From Macrostomum hystrix (lineage: Eukaryota > Animalia > Platyhelminthes): a stretch of DNA of 64,000 nt. The translations under genes and the position numbers were made by a program. Shown piece by piece: positions 48,402-60,789 of this stretch. The stretch covers positions 23,746,001 through 23,810,000 of the forward strand of contig CATNEN010000001.1 in the NCBI GenBank assembly GCA_950097015.1. The letters are read 5' to 3'. A model generated the notes under the pieces. The model ran no database searches, had not been told where the DNA came from, and saw only the letters and a list, made by a program, of their open reading frames with translations. How positions within the stretch are numbered: position 1 is the first letter of the stretch; the number at the start of each line of letters is the position of its first letter.

Positions 48402-51400
48402 TCAGGCCCTGGCGATTGTCTCATTGGGACCGCCGCCACTACCATTAGCTGCCTCATCTCCAGCGGCTAACGTCAGGCGCTGATTGTGGATTGTCTCGGC
48501 GTCCATCAGGGCCTGCTTGGCCAGGTACTGCTCGCGCTTGATCTTCACCTGCAGCACCTCCGGCACATCCGGTATCATGATGTCCAGCATGCGGCTGATA
48601 AAGAATACCACGTGCTGCAGACAGGTGTCATATTAGAGCTTAAGTTTTTTCATATTAACAAAGTAGACCAAAGTGGACCCTAGACTATCCTAGATCCTCC
48701 AGTGAACCCTAGACTATCCTAGATACTCCAGTGAACCCTAGACTATCCTAGATCCTCCAATGAACCCTAGACTATCCTAGATACTCCAGTGAACCCTAGA
48801 CTATCCTAGATCCTCCAGTGAACCCTAGACTACCCTAGATACTCCAGTGAACCCTAGACTATCCTAGATACTCCAGTGAACCCTAGACTATCCTAGATAC
48901 TCTAGTGAACCCTAGACTATCCTAGATACTCCAGTGAACCCTAGACTATCCTAGATACTCCAGTGAACCCTAGACTATCCTAGATACTCCAGTGAACCCT
49001 AGACTACCCTAGATACTCCAGTGAACCCTAGACTATCCTAGATACTCCAGTGAACCCTAGACTACCCTAGATACTCCAGTGAACCCTAGACTACCCTAGA
49101 TACTCCAGTGAACCATAAACTATCCTAGATCCACCCGAGGACCCTAGCCTATCCTAGATCCCTAGAGTACCCTAGCCTATCCTAGATCCCTAGAGTACCC
49201 TAGCCTATCCTAGATCCCTAGAGTACCCTAGCCTATCCTAGATCCCTTGTGCAAACCTCGAACACGATGACAAAGGCCAGCCGCACAGCCAGCAGTTTCC
49301 AGTAGAACATTGTGTAGTGCCCGTCTTCGCCTCTGAATGCTTTATAGCGACACGGCTGGGCTGTTGAGTTCTCGGGCGCCCAAGCTAGTGTGAAGTTGGT
49401 GTATCCATGCAGCTCCGAGTCGAACTGGTACTTGTACAGCTCCTTGGGCAGGAACTCCGAGGTGAACGCGATTAGGAAGGCCTAGAGCAAAATAGAGCAT
49501 TTTTTATTACATCGGGAGTCTAGAATTTAGTGACATTCCGGGATTCTGATCTTAGAATTAGGGATTCTGATCTTAGAATTAGGGATTCTGATCTTAGAAT
49601 TTGGGATAAAAATCTTTTAATTCGGGATAAAGATCTTAGAATTTGGGATTCTGATCTTAGAATTAGGGATTCTGATCTTAGAATTTGGGATAAAAATCTT
49701 TTAATTCGGGATAAAGATCTTAGAATTTGGGATTCTGATCTTAGAATTCGGGATTCTGATCTTAGAATTCGGGATAAAGATCTTAGAATTTGGGATAAAG
49801 ATCTTAGAATTTGGGATAAAGATCTTAGAATTTAGGATAAAGATATAGAATTCGGGATAAAGATCTTAGAATTTGGGATTCTGATCTTAGAATTCGGGAT
49901 AAAGATCTTAGAATTTGGGATAAAGATCTTTAGAATTTGGGATTTAGACCTTAGAATTTGGGATAAAGATCTTAGAATTTGGGATAAAGATCTTAGAATT
50001 TGGGATAAAGATCTTAGAATTTGGGATAAAGATCTTAGAATTTGGGATAAAGATCTTAGAATTTGGGATGAAGATTTTAGAATTTGGGATAAAGATCTTA
50101 GAATTTGGGATTTAGACCTTAGAATTTCGGATTATGATATCAAAGTTTTGGAATTATATAATCTTAGAACTTGGGATTATTATCCTCGAATTTGGGGTTT
50201 TACGAGTAGCTCGTAATATAGGACTATTTGATTATGTCTTGGAGATATATTATTGAATTCCACGATGCTTTTTGGGATTCTGGGATTTCAGATTTATTTA
50301 GAGTCCTAGAAAAATCTCACATTCGAGATGACTGACAGCTGCACAATGACATCCAGCAGAGTGAACCAGACTCCAATGTCCTGAGCCCGCTCAGAGACCG
50401 GCCTTCGAGTTTCGCAGACCAGTTTGCTGGCATCCAGCCGGATCTCCAGCCAGTTGTTCAGCAGGGCGAAAAATGGAGCCAACGGGAAGGCGGCAACGAA
50501 GATGGTGATGAAGCCGAACTGCAGCACCATCTCCAGGTACTCCTCGAACAGGCCTTCGTACGGGATTAGCTGGTAATCCGCTTCGCAACGGCGAGCCTCC
50601 GCCTCCTGGTTGCGGCTCCACCGCAGGCCCTTCGTGAAGCGGTGAATCCAGGTGAAGAACTTGCTGGAAAATACGGAGACAATAACTAATGACTGATGAA
50701 GTGGGCATAAGCTTGAAAACGTTTGACAAAATCGGTGAATCCCTTTCTATGAAAAGCCCAACTTCAAATTTCTTATTAAATCCTGATTTTGGGAAATCCC
50801 AATTATGGGAAATCCCAATTATGGGAAATCCCTATTATGGATAATCTGAATTTTTGGAAATCAAATTTTGAGAAATCCCTATATTGGGAAATTCCTGTTT
50901 TGGAGAATCCAAATACTCGTATCAGGAAATCCAAATTAAGGAAACACCAATTTTAGGAAACCTTGCTAATCCTAAAAACTTTTTACGAAATCCGGAATCC
51001 CATTAAAAAATCCCATTTTGGAACGATCGGGTAATGGGTAAATCCTCATTTTGGGAAATCCAAATATCGGAAAATCGACGGAAATATTTTCGGGTAAATC
51101 CACATTAATGTAATTTCTTATATAGGGAAATCTATATCGAAAACTTTCTGTTTAATCCTACTTAAAATAACTTTGGGATATTTCACGACGTAGAGCCTTC
51201 AAACAACTAATCAATCAATCCTCAAAAGTCTTGCAGGTAACTCACGGCAGGAAGACCTCCTGGCAGTTGTTGATGATTTGCTTGCCGATCATGATGACAG
51301 CCAGCTGCTGCGCTAACTCGATCAGGCAGCCGCCGTTGTCGCATTCCTCGTTGCGCAAGCCGAAGAACTTGATATACTTGCCCGGGTAGCCTGTGAACCT

Positions 51401-54400
51401 GAGGAATGAACAAGATAAACAATCCTACCGATTTTAAGTTCCACGAAATTCTTTGAGTCGATTGTTATTTTTTTTCTTAGAAAAGACTCACTTTCCCTTG
51501 AAGAAGGCGATGTAGAAAATGGACGAGTAGAAATTGACAAACTGGAAGATAAACACCTTCAGGATTAGCTGATCCTCAAACTCTGACTGGGTGCGGTGCA
51601 TTTCTAAAAAATGAGGACATTTTGAAGCTGATGAAGTACATTCTTTGTGATGCTAAAAATAGCTGCGCCAGGGAATCGAATGTACATTTGCTGCGATTCT
51701 AAAAATAGCTGCGCCAGGGAATCGAATGTACATTTGCTGCGATTCTAAAAATAGCTGCGCCAGGGAATCGAATGTACATTTGCTGCGATTCTAAAAATAG
51801 CTGCGCCAGGGAATCGAATGTATATTTGCTGCGATTCTAAAAATAGCTGCGCCAGGGAATCGAATGTACATTTGCTGCGATTCTAAAAAAAGCTGTTCCA
51901 GCTATTAATTATCTGTTTCTCATGCGTTATTTCTGTTAAACTACTCATGAATAAGGACAGCAGAGGAGGTGCACTCAGAAAACCAGCTCACCCCATTGAG
52001 TCAGTTTGTAGGCCAGCTTCTCGTACACCTTGCCGAGGCTCATGATGAGGATCAAGTTGACGATGGCCGCCGAGCCGCTAGCCACAGTGGAGGCTTGTGA
52101 TCTTAACAGAGGATTTTGAAACAGCGGAATAGCGATCAGCACCCGGTAGATGATCACCGCGATAATGAAGATCACTACTATCACCATCTGCAAGGTGGAT
52201 TGTCAAGCATATCAGCAACTCTTCGGGGTTGAAGAAGCAACTCAGTAGGCACTTACCATGATGATGATGCAGGTGATGCCTGTTATGATTCTAGGAATGC
52301 GCAGATTATTCGGGAAATGCGGCTCCATGTGCCCAGTGACCGGATTTCTCTCGTAGGAGGTGCACAGGGCTGAGTACTCGGGCCTGGGTCGTTCCTCGTC
52401 CTCCTCGAAGTCCATCACGTCCCAGTGGTGGGCCAGGGAGGCATTCTTGCGCTTCCAGTTCTCCAGGAAGGTCACAGCTGCAATAAAAATAGATTAGCAT
52501 GCGCGAACTAGTCTACTAGCAGTAGAAATGTGCGAATTTTGGCCCTTTTTTTCTAAAAAATCAATTTTTTCTGGGATTTTTAAAATGTGAAGTGATTGAA
52601 GAGTGACATTATTGAAGAGTGACATTATTGAAGAGTGACATTATTGAAGAGTGACATTATTAAAGAGTGACATTATTGAAGAGTGACATTATTAAAGAGT
52701 GACAATATTGAAGAGTGACATTATTAAAGAATGACATTATTGAAGAGTGACATTATTGAAGAGTGACATTATTGAAGAGTGACATTATTGAAGAGTGACA
52801 TTATTAAAGAGTGACATTATTGAAGAGTGACATTATTGAAGAGTGACATTATTGAAGAGTGACATTATTGAAGAGTGACATTATTGAAGAGTGACATTAT
52901 TGAAGAGTGGCATTTTTGAAGAATGACATTATTAAAGAGTGACATCATTTAAAAGTGACATTTCTAAAGAGTGACACTATTGAAGAGTGAAATTATTGAA
53001 GAGCGACATAAAGTTCTCACCCCATAAAGCCACGAACACGGAGTAGAACACAGTGCCCGGATGATCGAACAGATAGGAGATGCGCATGTACATGCAGATG
53101 TCACTTAAGTACCAATACTTGCAGCCAATGGCCTCATCGCATAGCGGGCACATCTTGTAGGTCATGTTGCTGCTGCACACTTCAACGCTGTCATTTAAAA
53201 AAAGTAATCGTTTTACTTTTTAAACTAATAATAGTAATGAATGTAATTGAAGCATTTTTATCTGCAACAAAATACAGCCTATATGTTTAGAAAAATCTAA
53301 GAGAATTAATGATCGATTGAAGTGTAATAGTAACAGGTCTAGTCGCGAGGGCCCCCGCACAAAAAGCCTCGCTTCAGGAACCTCCCCAGTCCATGGACTG
53401 AACATTTGTACACTGACAGGGCTGGGATTCGAACTCCCGACCTCTCAAGAAGTCCGAGCTCCAACCAGCGTCCCAGAGGCCAGCACAGCTAATAATTAAG
53501 TCTTCAAGCAGCATTGGCAGGCAAATAAATCGATTAAAACCAGCTTTTCCAATCCTAGCGATAGAGCGGTGCATAATTTATAAACACCCAGACAGACATT
53601 CACGTTAGGCGGGCTCAATATTATAGAAGTAAAGTTAGATTATAATTGCACCATTTCTTACGACCCGCTTGGCTGAGGAGGCAAAGATAGGAATGGGTTA
53701 GCAACTCAGATGCAACGGCTCGTGAATTATTTATGATCTCTCTTTCCTGATGCTGAAGTGCTCACAAGAGTTCTCCCAAACCCCCGCTGGCTCAAATATT
53801 GGCGACTATTTTCAGATTTTAATTCTCATCTTTGGTCGGCATTCGTGAGTGGAATATAAAAGGAATTTTAACCTAAATTAAAAGTGCACATTGATTACTC
53901 GTTTTAATAGAATTAAGAGATTAAGAGATCAAGAATTAAGTCCGATACGATTAAACAGGAGTTCAATTCTTAGTTGATACTAAGTTATAAGCTGCTGAAA
54001 ATTAATGTACGCTGCGATTGGTGTACAGTACTAGCGGAGCCAATCAGAGCACTCTATACAGTGCAAACTGTGCATCTAACAAATGTACAAATATCGAGAA
54101 TTTTTCAATGGAATATGTAGATTGCATGATGTACATCAAGATTCAACCAATCAGCTAATGGTGGCAATCCTACTCAAAGTACTCACGCAGGCACATTGGC
54201 TTTGAAGGTGAAACAGCCGTACAGGAACACAATGATGCCAACTATGCTAGCCGGTAGCAGCCATGCTGTATAAAGACCTGAAACAGTTTTTTAGTAAAAA
54301 ATGCGTTGGAAATGTCAGAGTCCAATGAATACCAGGGATAAACTTGGCGTACTCACCAAGCCAGGCAAAGTACAGTCCAATTTTCTCGCCGTAGTATTCT

Positions 54401-57400
54401 CTGATGTGGTCAAGCGGTTGGTACTTGTACCAGAGGCCCCATTTGGCCCAGTAGGCGTACAGGATTTGGCGGGCGTTCAAATCCTCGGGCTGGTAGTCCT
54501 TGGGCAGCTCGTAGGGTCCCTGAGATGTATAGGAAGTTAGGTTGGTGCTGTATCGCAATATTGTCTCAGAAGTTTATATTTCAGAAATTCAGCGTGCAAG
54601 CAATTAGGTAGAAAAAAACAAAATTACACGTCAGGGGAGTGAGGCAGGCGCAGAAGGGTAGAAAATTAGCGCCGACCAATCAGAGAGGTCCAGGGTGTGA
54701 GGCGACCTCTGAAGGGCAGAAAAATAGCGCCGACCAATCAGAAGAGGCAAGGGAATGAGGTGGGTGAAGAAAAGCAGAGAAAGAATTGCTGACCAATTAG
54801 TGCCTCCCTAACTGAGGCGTGGGGTTGGTGTTAAATGGTTGAAAAAGGACTGGCCAATGAGATCTCGCCCAGTAGAAAAAAACTGACCTCGTGCAGAGGA
54901 AATGCGCCCGAGTAGACTTCCTCCTCTAGGAGTCTGTCGATGCCAACCTCGGCTCGATTCCGCTTCCCGTAGACCTGCGTGGCCAGAATCTCGTAGGCCA
55001 CCTGATGCCGCTGGGTGGGCGAAAAGTACGAGTCCTGATCGTCGCTGCCAAGAAACCTGTTGGATTGCAAATTTTGTTTGCTCCGCTGTTTCTAGAAGTA
55101 GAAAAAGCATTTGAAGAAAAAAATTCTGTACTATCTTTTCAGTTCTGTTAGTCTTGGTCTCTCGTCTGATACAGAACTCCCCAGTGTAAACGAACGGTTT
55201 TAACCCTAATAAGCTGCTATGCGTGAGCCAAATCAATAACGCCTTTGTTTACTTAAAAAACCCACGAGCTGCTAAGTCTTGTTGAGAAGTTTTGCCTGCT
55301 AAACTCACTGGTTTTGGGCTCTGACATTTCATTTAGGGACAGTCGATTCTGTCCGTTTCACTGACTGCAGAGCGCACACTCACACAGGTGTGTACATCTG
55401 CCCCTGACTTTCTCAGTGTGCCTTGGAGGCTTGTCCTAAAAGTGGTCCTTCTCGCCGCGGCTGCGCCCCAAATGAATGTGGTCTCGCCGCGGAATCGAGC
55501 ACAGGGATCTGGATTAAAAACGCAAACATGTTAAATCACTCTGGCACTCACCCCCAAATTGAATATCTAATCTCAGAATTAGTGATTCCAAATACAAACA
55601 GACTCACTTGCTCAGCTTGGACTTCCTGAACGGGCAGGTGTAATAGTCCAGCGGCTGGTTTGGCACATTCTGCTCCATCAGGTTGGGCACTCGCAGTGAT
55701 TTCAGAACCTTGCCGGACCAGTTGTCTGCCGGCCGGCTGTGGGCCTGCGGGGGTCGTGTCGGGTGCCACTGCTGCATTTTGGAAGTTGCCAATTTTGTCT
55801 AAAGCCCGACCTTCCTTTACCCGAACTTAACAATCCACAAAGCCCACAGTTCACAATACCAAAATTCAAAATCCCAGATTCATTAAATCCCCCATCCTGA
55901 CATCCCACAATCCTCAAATCCCTCAATATATAATCCCACAATCCCAAAATCCCTCAATATATAATCCCTAAATCCTAAAATTTCACAATCCCAAAATCCC
56001 TCAATATATAATCCCAAAATCCTAAAATTGCACAATATATTATCCCACAATCCCAAAATCCCAAAATATATAATCCCAAAATCCTAAAATTCCACAATAT
56101 ATCCCACAATCACAAAATCCCTCAATATATAATCCCAAAATCCTCAAATCCCCCAATATATTATCCCAAAATCCCACAATATATTATCCCACAATCCTCG
56201 AATCCCTCAACATATAATCCTACAATCCTCAAATCCCTCAATATATAATCCTACAATACTCAAATCCCTCAATATAAAATCCTACAATACTCAAACCCCT
56301 CAATATATAATCCCACAATCCCAAAATCCCTCAATGTATAATCCCAAATTCCTAAAATTCCACAATCCTCAAATCCCACAGTATATTATCCCACAATCCC
56401 AAAATCCCACAATATATTATCCCACAATCCTCGAATCCCTCAACATATAATCCTACAATCCTCAAATCCCTCAATATATAATCCTACAATACTCAAATCC
56501 CTCAATATAAAATCCTACAATACTCAAACCCCTCAATATATAATCCCACAATCCCAAAATCCCTCAATGTATAATCCCTAAATCCTAAAATTTCACAATC
56601 CTAAAATCCATCAATATATAATCCCAAATTCCTAAAATTCCACAATCCTCAAATCCCACAGTATATTATCCCACAATCCCAAAATCCCACAATATATAAT
56701 CCCACAATCCTCAAATCCCTCAATATATAATCCAACAATCCCAAAATCACTCAATATATAATCCCAAATTCCTAAAATTCCACAATCCTTAAATCTCACA
56801 AAATATTATCCCACAATCCCAAAATCCCACAACCCTCAAATCCTTCAATATATAATCCCCAATCCCAAAGTCCCACAATCCTCAAATCCATCAATACATA
56901 ATCCCAAATTCCTAGAATCTCACAATCCTCAAACTCCACAATATATAATCCCTAAATCCTTAAATTCCACAATCCTCATAAAATCCTAAAATTATAAAAT
57001 CCTACAATCCCGAATCCCAAAATCCCAAAATCCCACAATCCCAAAATCCCACAATCCCAAAATCCAACAATCCCACAATCCCAAAATCCAACAATCCCAA
57101 AATCCTTAAAATTCCGCAATCTTTAAATCTCACAATCTCGAAGTTCCACAATCCCACCATCCCACAATCCCGAAATCCCACAATCCCACAATCCCGCAAT
57201 CCAAAAATCCTACAATATCGAAATCCCACAATCCCACAGACCTGAATTCCTCAATTCGCAAATCCTACAATCCTTATATCGTACCAATAAAAAATATCAG
57301 ATTTCTAAAGCTCTAATAAAAGATTCCCACATTTCCAAATCCTTATTTCGAAAATCCCAACGATTTAAAAATCGTGCAACCTCAACACTGTTTGCTATCA

Positions 57401-60400
57401 TTGCACTCACTGGTTTGCAATCAGAATCTCGCAGCTATCGAGCGGTTATAAATGCTGTTTTTACAACAATTAAAAAAATCGAGGTAGCAAGTTAAATAAA
57501 AGATTCTAATATTATAAAATATAAAAGCAACAAAAAATTTGCTATATTCCTGAGTTTAAAGGCAACTTGAAACAGTAGTTCTTCTATTTCTTGTTTAGAA
57601 ACTCAGACAAAAATAGTTGGGTTTCCAAGGCTATATTCTCAATCGATAAGGGCTTAAAAATTTTAAGAAATCTCAGGTGAGAAATCTCAGGTGAAAAATA
57701 TTAGATGAGTAATCTCAGATAAAAAGTCTAAAAAAAGCTAAATAAGAAATTGGTGTTAGATTAGAGCAATTAGTAAAGATTAATTTGTAGTTAGTAATTA
57801 GTAAATGTGTTATTACATTATGTGCAGCGAGGTGAACCAAAAATTGCAAGCCGTAGTTACCATCACCGGGTGCTCAAACTCACATCACTGAGAACCTAAA
57901 TAACATACAAAATGATTAATAAATCAAAACAGTTCAATATATAGATTATGAATAGATAAACTGCCAATACCTCAATAAACACTTAAGCAGAAGGATTTGC
58001 TAAAAGCCATAAAATACCAGCCATGAAAGTTGCCACCGTTTCTATGGCAACCATACCTGTAGAGGCGCCCTAAGGCACAGATCCTCGGCATAGTAGCACA
58101 TCACATCCCAGGGCACAAACAGCTTGATAAAGTGAATCTTCTTCTTTTCACTGGTGCTCGTTTCCTGGAAATTTATGAGCGGAATAGATTAGAGGTAGAT
58201 TAGATTAGAGGTAGATTAGATTAGAGGTAGATAAGATTAGAGGTAGATTAGATAAGGGGTTGATCAGATTAGAAGTAAATTAGATTTGGGGTAGATTAGG
58301 GGTAGATTAGACTAGGGGTAGATTAATTAGAGGTAGATTAGATTAAGAGTAGATTTGATTAGGGGGGTAAATTAGATAAGAGGTAGATTAGATCAGAGGA
58401 AGATTAGATTAGGGGTAGATTAGATTTGAGGTAGATTAGATTAGGATTAGATTAGATTTGAGGTAGATTAGATTAGGAGTAGATTAGATTAGGGGTAGAT
58501 TAGATTAGAGGTAGATTAGATCAGAGGAAGATTAGATTAGGAGTAGATTAGATTAGGGGTAGATTAGATTTGAGGTAGATTAGATTAGAGGTAGATAAGA
58601 TAAGAGGTAGATTAGATAAGGAGTTGATCAGATTAGAAGTAAATTAGATTAGGGGTAGATTAGGGGTAGATTAGACTAGGGGTAGATTAATTAGAGGTAG
58701 ATTAGATTAAGAGTAGATTTGATTAGGGGGGTAAATTAGATAAGAGGTAGATTAGATCAGAGGAAGATTAGATTAGGGGTAGATTAGATTAGGGGTAGAT
58801 TAGATTTGAGGTAGATTAGATTAGGAGTAGATTATATTAGGGGTAGATTAGATTTGAGGTAGATTAGATTAGGATTAGATTAGATTTGAGGTAGATTAGA
58901 TTAGGAGTAGATTAGATTAGGGGTAGATTAGATTAGAGGTAGATTAGATTAGGGGTAGATTAGATTATGGATAGGATAGATGAGGGAGTTAGTAAAAGTT
59001 AGTAAAAGTTACTGATTGGATTTAGTTTAGTAATCGATCCCAAGAACTCAAATAAGGCTATATTGGGATAAAAACTTAGATTAAGATTTTTACCTCGCTT
59101 CAGCCTGGTAGCTGGTTCCCAAAAGTGCTCAAGGGAGAGCTACTCAACTGGAGTCCAAGTAGACGAGCTGAGGAGGGGCAAGTGTCATTTTCCCCAGTTC
59201 CCTCTCCTAGAAGAGCCGTCCAAAGTACTTCTGCCTGGCCGTCCGCTCCTCAACCCGACCCAGTTCTTCTCAACTCAACTCCCAACACTCGCGCCTCTAT
59301 CCATAAATTTCTGTTCCAAATTCTCTTCCTCGTAAAAGCTTTAGCGCAGGCATTTAATTTGACATCTTTGACAGATGGCTACTGGGAGATCAATTGTCAA
59401 TCAATCAACTAATCTGCCAAAACTGTCAATGGTTGAGCAGTTACATATTTTCCAGTCCCAGATCCCATAAAATCTTCTTTATCTCACCTCCTCCATGTGG
59501 ACGCCCACCTTCCTCAGGTTGCCTTCGAAGCGTCTCCTGTATGCGGCTTTGCGCACCTCCCAGGTGTCCTGCGCCTCGCTTTCGCCGACTTGTAAATCCT
59601 CCTCCCAGACAAGAACGAAGTCTGCAAGTAGGGTTAGGGTTAGGGTTAGGGTTGGGGTTAATTTTAAGATAAGTGTCAAATGAGTCCTTTTTGTTGCCTA
59701 CCTGCTAGTCCTGCTTCTAATCAGTCATTAGGAAAATCTCTAATTATTGCCTCAATTTATGTATTACACGACCCTAGAAAAATGCTAGAAATTATGAAAA
59801 CAACAAAGCAAGGATTTACGAACACCCTCAGTTCATAATCTAAAATTAAATACGTGCTAAATACTATTGTGACGAAATCCCATTCTGTGGAAATCCCATT
59901 CTGTGGAAATCCCATTCTGTGGAAATCCCATTCTGTCGAAATCCCATTCTGTGGAAATCCCATTCTGTGGAAATCCCATTCTGTGGAAATCCCATTCTGT
60001 GGAAATCCCATTCTGTGGAAATCCCATTCTGTCGAAATCCCATTCTGTGGAAATCCCATTCTGTGGAAATCCCATTCTGTCGAAATCCCATTATGTGGAA
60101 ATCCCATTCTGTGGAAATCCCATTCTGTCGAAATCCCATTCTGTGGAAATCCCATTCTGTGGAAATCCCATTCTGTGGAAATCCCATTCTGTCGAAATCC
60201 CATTCTGTGGAAATCCCATTCTGTGGAAATCCCATTCTGTGGAAATCCCATTCTGTGGAAATCCCATTCTGTGGAAATCCCATTCTGTCGAAATCCCATT
60301 CTGTGGAAATCCCATTCTGTGGAAATCCCATTCTGTCGAAATCCCATTATGTGGAAATCCCATTCTGTGGAAATCCCATTCTGTCGAAATCCCATTCTGT

Positions 60401-60691
60401 GGAAATCCCATTCTGTGGAAATCCCATTCTGTGGAAATCCCATTCTGTGGAAATCCCATTCTGTGGAAATCCCATTCTGTGGAAATCCCATTCTGTCGAA
60501 ATCCAAAACTGTCTGAAATCCCATTCTGTCGAAATTTCTCGCGAAACTAACGCCCAGAGCTCACCAACTTGCCGAACTCCGTCGGCAAAGTAGCAGCCGG
60601 GCTCCATTCGGCGCTGGGCCTTGGAGCGAGTCAGCAGAGCCAGTCCGTGGTCACCGGTGTCCTCGTCCTCGTCGGCGGCCGTCTCACAATT
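48402..60691 (-). CDS. Anoctamin/TMEM16 family, 5' part not found. Exons: 60565-60691, 59488-59621, 58057-58164, 55608-55744, 54888-55056, 54357-54519, 54187-54277, 53021-53187, 52257-52477, 51992-52187, 51492-51603, 51246-51398, 50321-50663, 49257-49481, 48402-48614
   Basis: All junctions are GT-AG with consistent phases. Motifs include [103 protein letters not shown] and AFTSEFLP. Confidence 0.95.
48675..49245. repeat. 29-bp minisatellite (CCTAGACTATCCTAGATACTCCAGTGAAC), anoctamin last intron
   Basis: Tandem repeat. Confidence 0.95.
49520..50150. repeat. 21-bp minisatellite (GGGATAAAGATCTTAGAATTT)
   Basis: Intronic tandem repeat. Confidence 0.93.
51654..51893. repeat. 46-bp tandem repeat x5
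   Basis: CTAAAAATAGCTGCGCCAGGGAATCGAATGTACATTTGCTGCGATT. Confidence 0.95.
52595..53008. repeat. 16-bp minisatellite (GAAGAGTGACATTATT)
   Basis: Intronic tandem repeat. Confidence 0.95.
55370..55530 (-). mobile_element. Truncated SINE family B fragment
   Basis: CCGCGGCTGCGCCCCAAATGAATGTGGTCTCGCCGCGGAATCGAGC is shared with the other copies. Confidence 0.65.
55850..57300. repeat. Degenerate AATCCCA(C/A)-based repeat
   Basis: Intronic low-complexity tandem array. Confidence 0.88.
58185..58975. repeat. ~16-bp repeat (GTAGATTAGATTAGRG)
   Basis: Intronic tandem repeat. Confidence 0.93.
59629..59660. repeat. Short interstitial (TTAGGG)n tract
   Basis: TAGGGTTAGGGTTAGGGTTAGGGTTGGGGTTA. Confidence 0.85.
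59875..60535. repeat. 16-bp minisatellite (GAAATCCCATTCTGTS)
   Basis: Intronic tandem repeat. Confidence 0.96.
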
Positions 60692-60789
60692 CTGTCGGGA
60701 GATTTTGAGCTAGCGTGAGTTGGTAAGTTTTTTATCAGTCCCAAGATTTTATTGATATTTGGGATTTCGAAGCAATAGCGATTGAATTT

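Noticed and set aside
50693-50727. CTGATGA...GAAA hammerhead-like spacing
   Set aside because: Stems I and II cannot form.
59629-59660. True telomere
   Set aside because: Only about 5 units, inside an intron of an intact gene.
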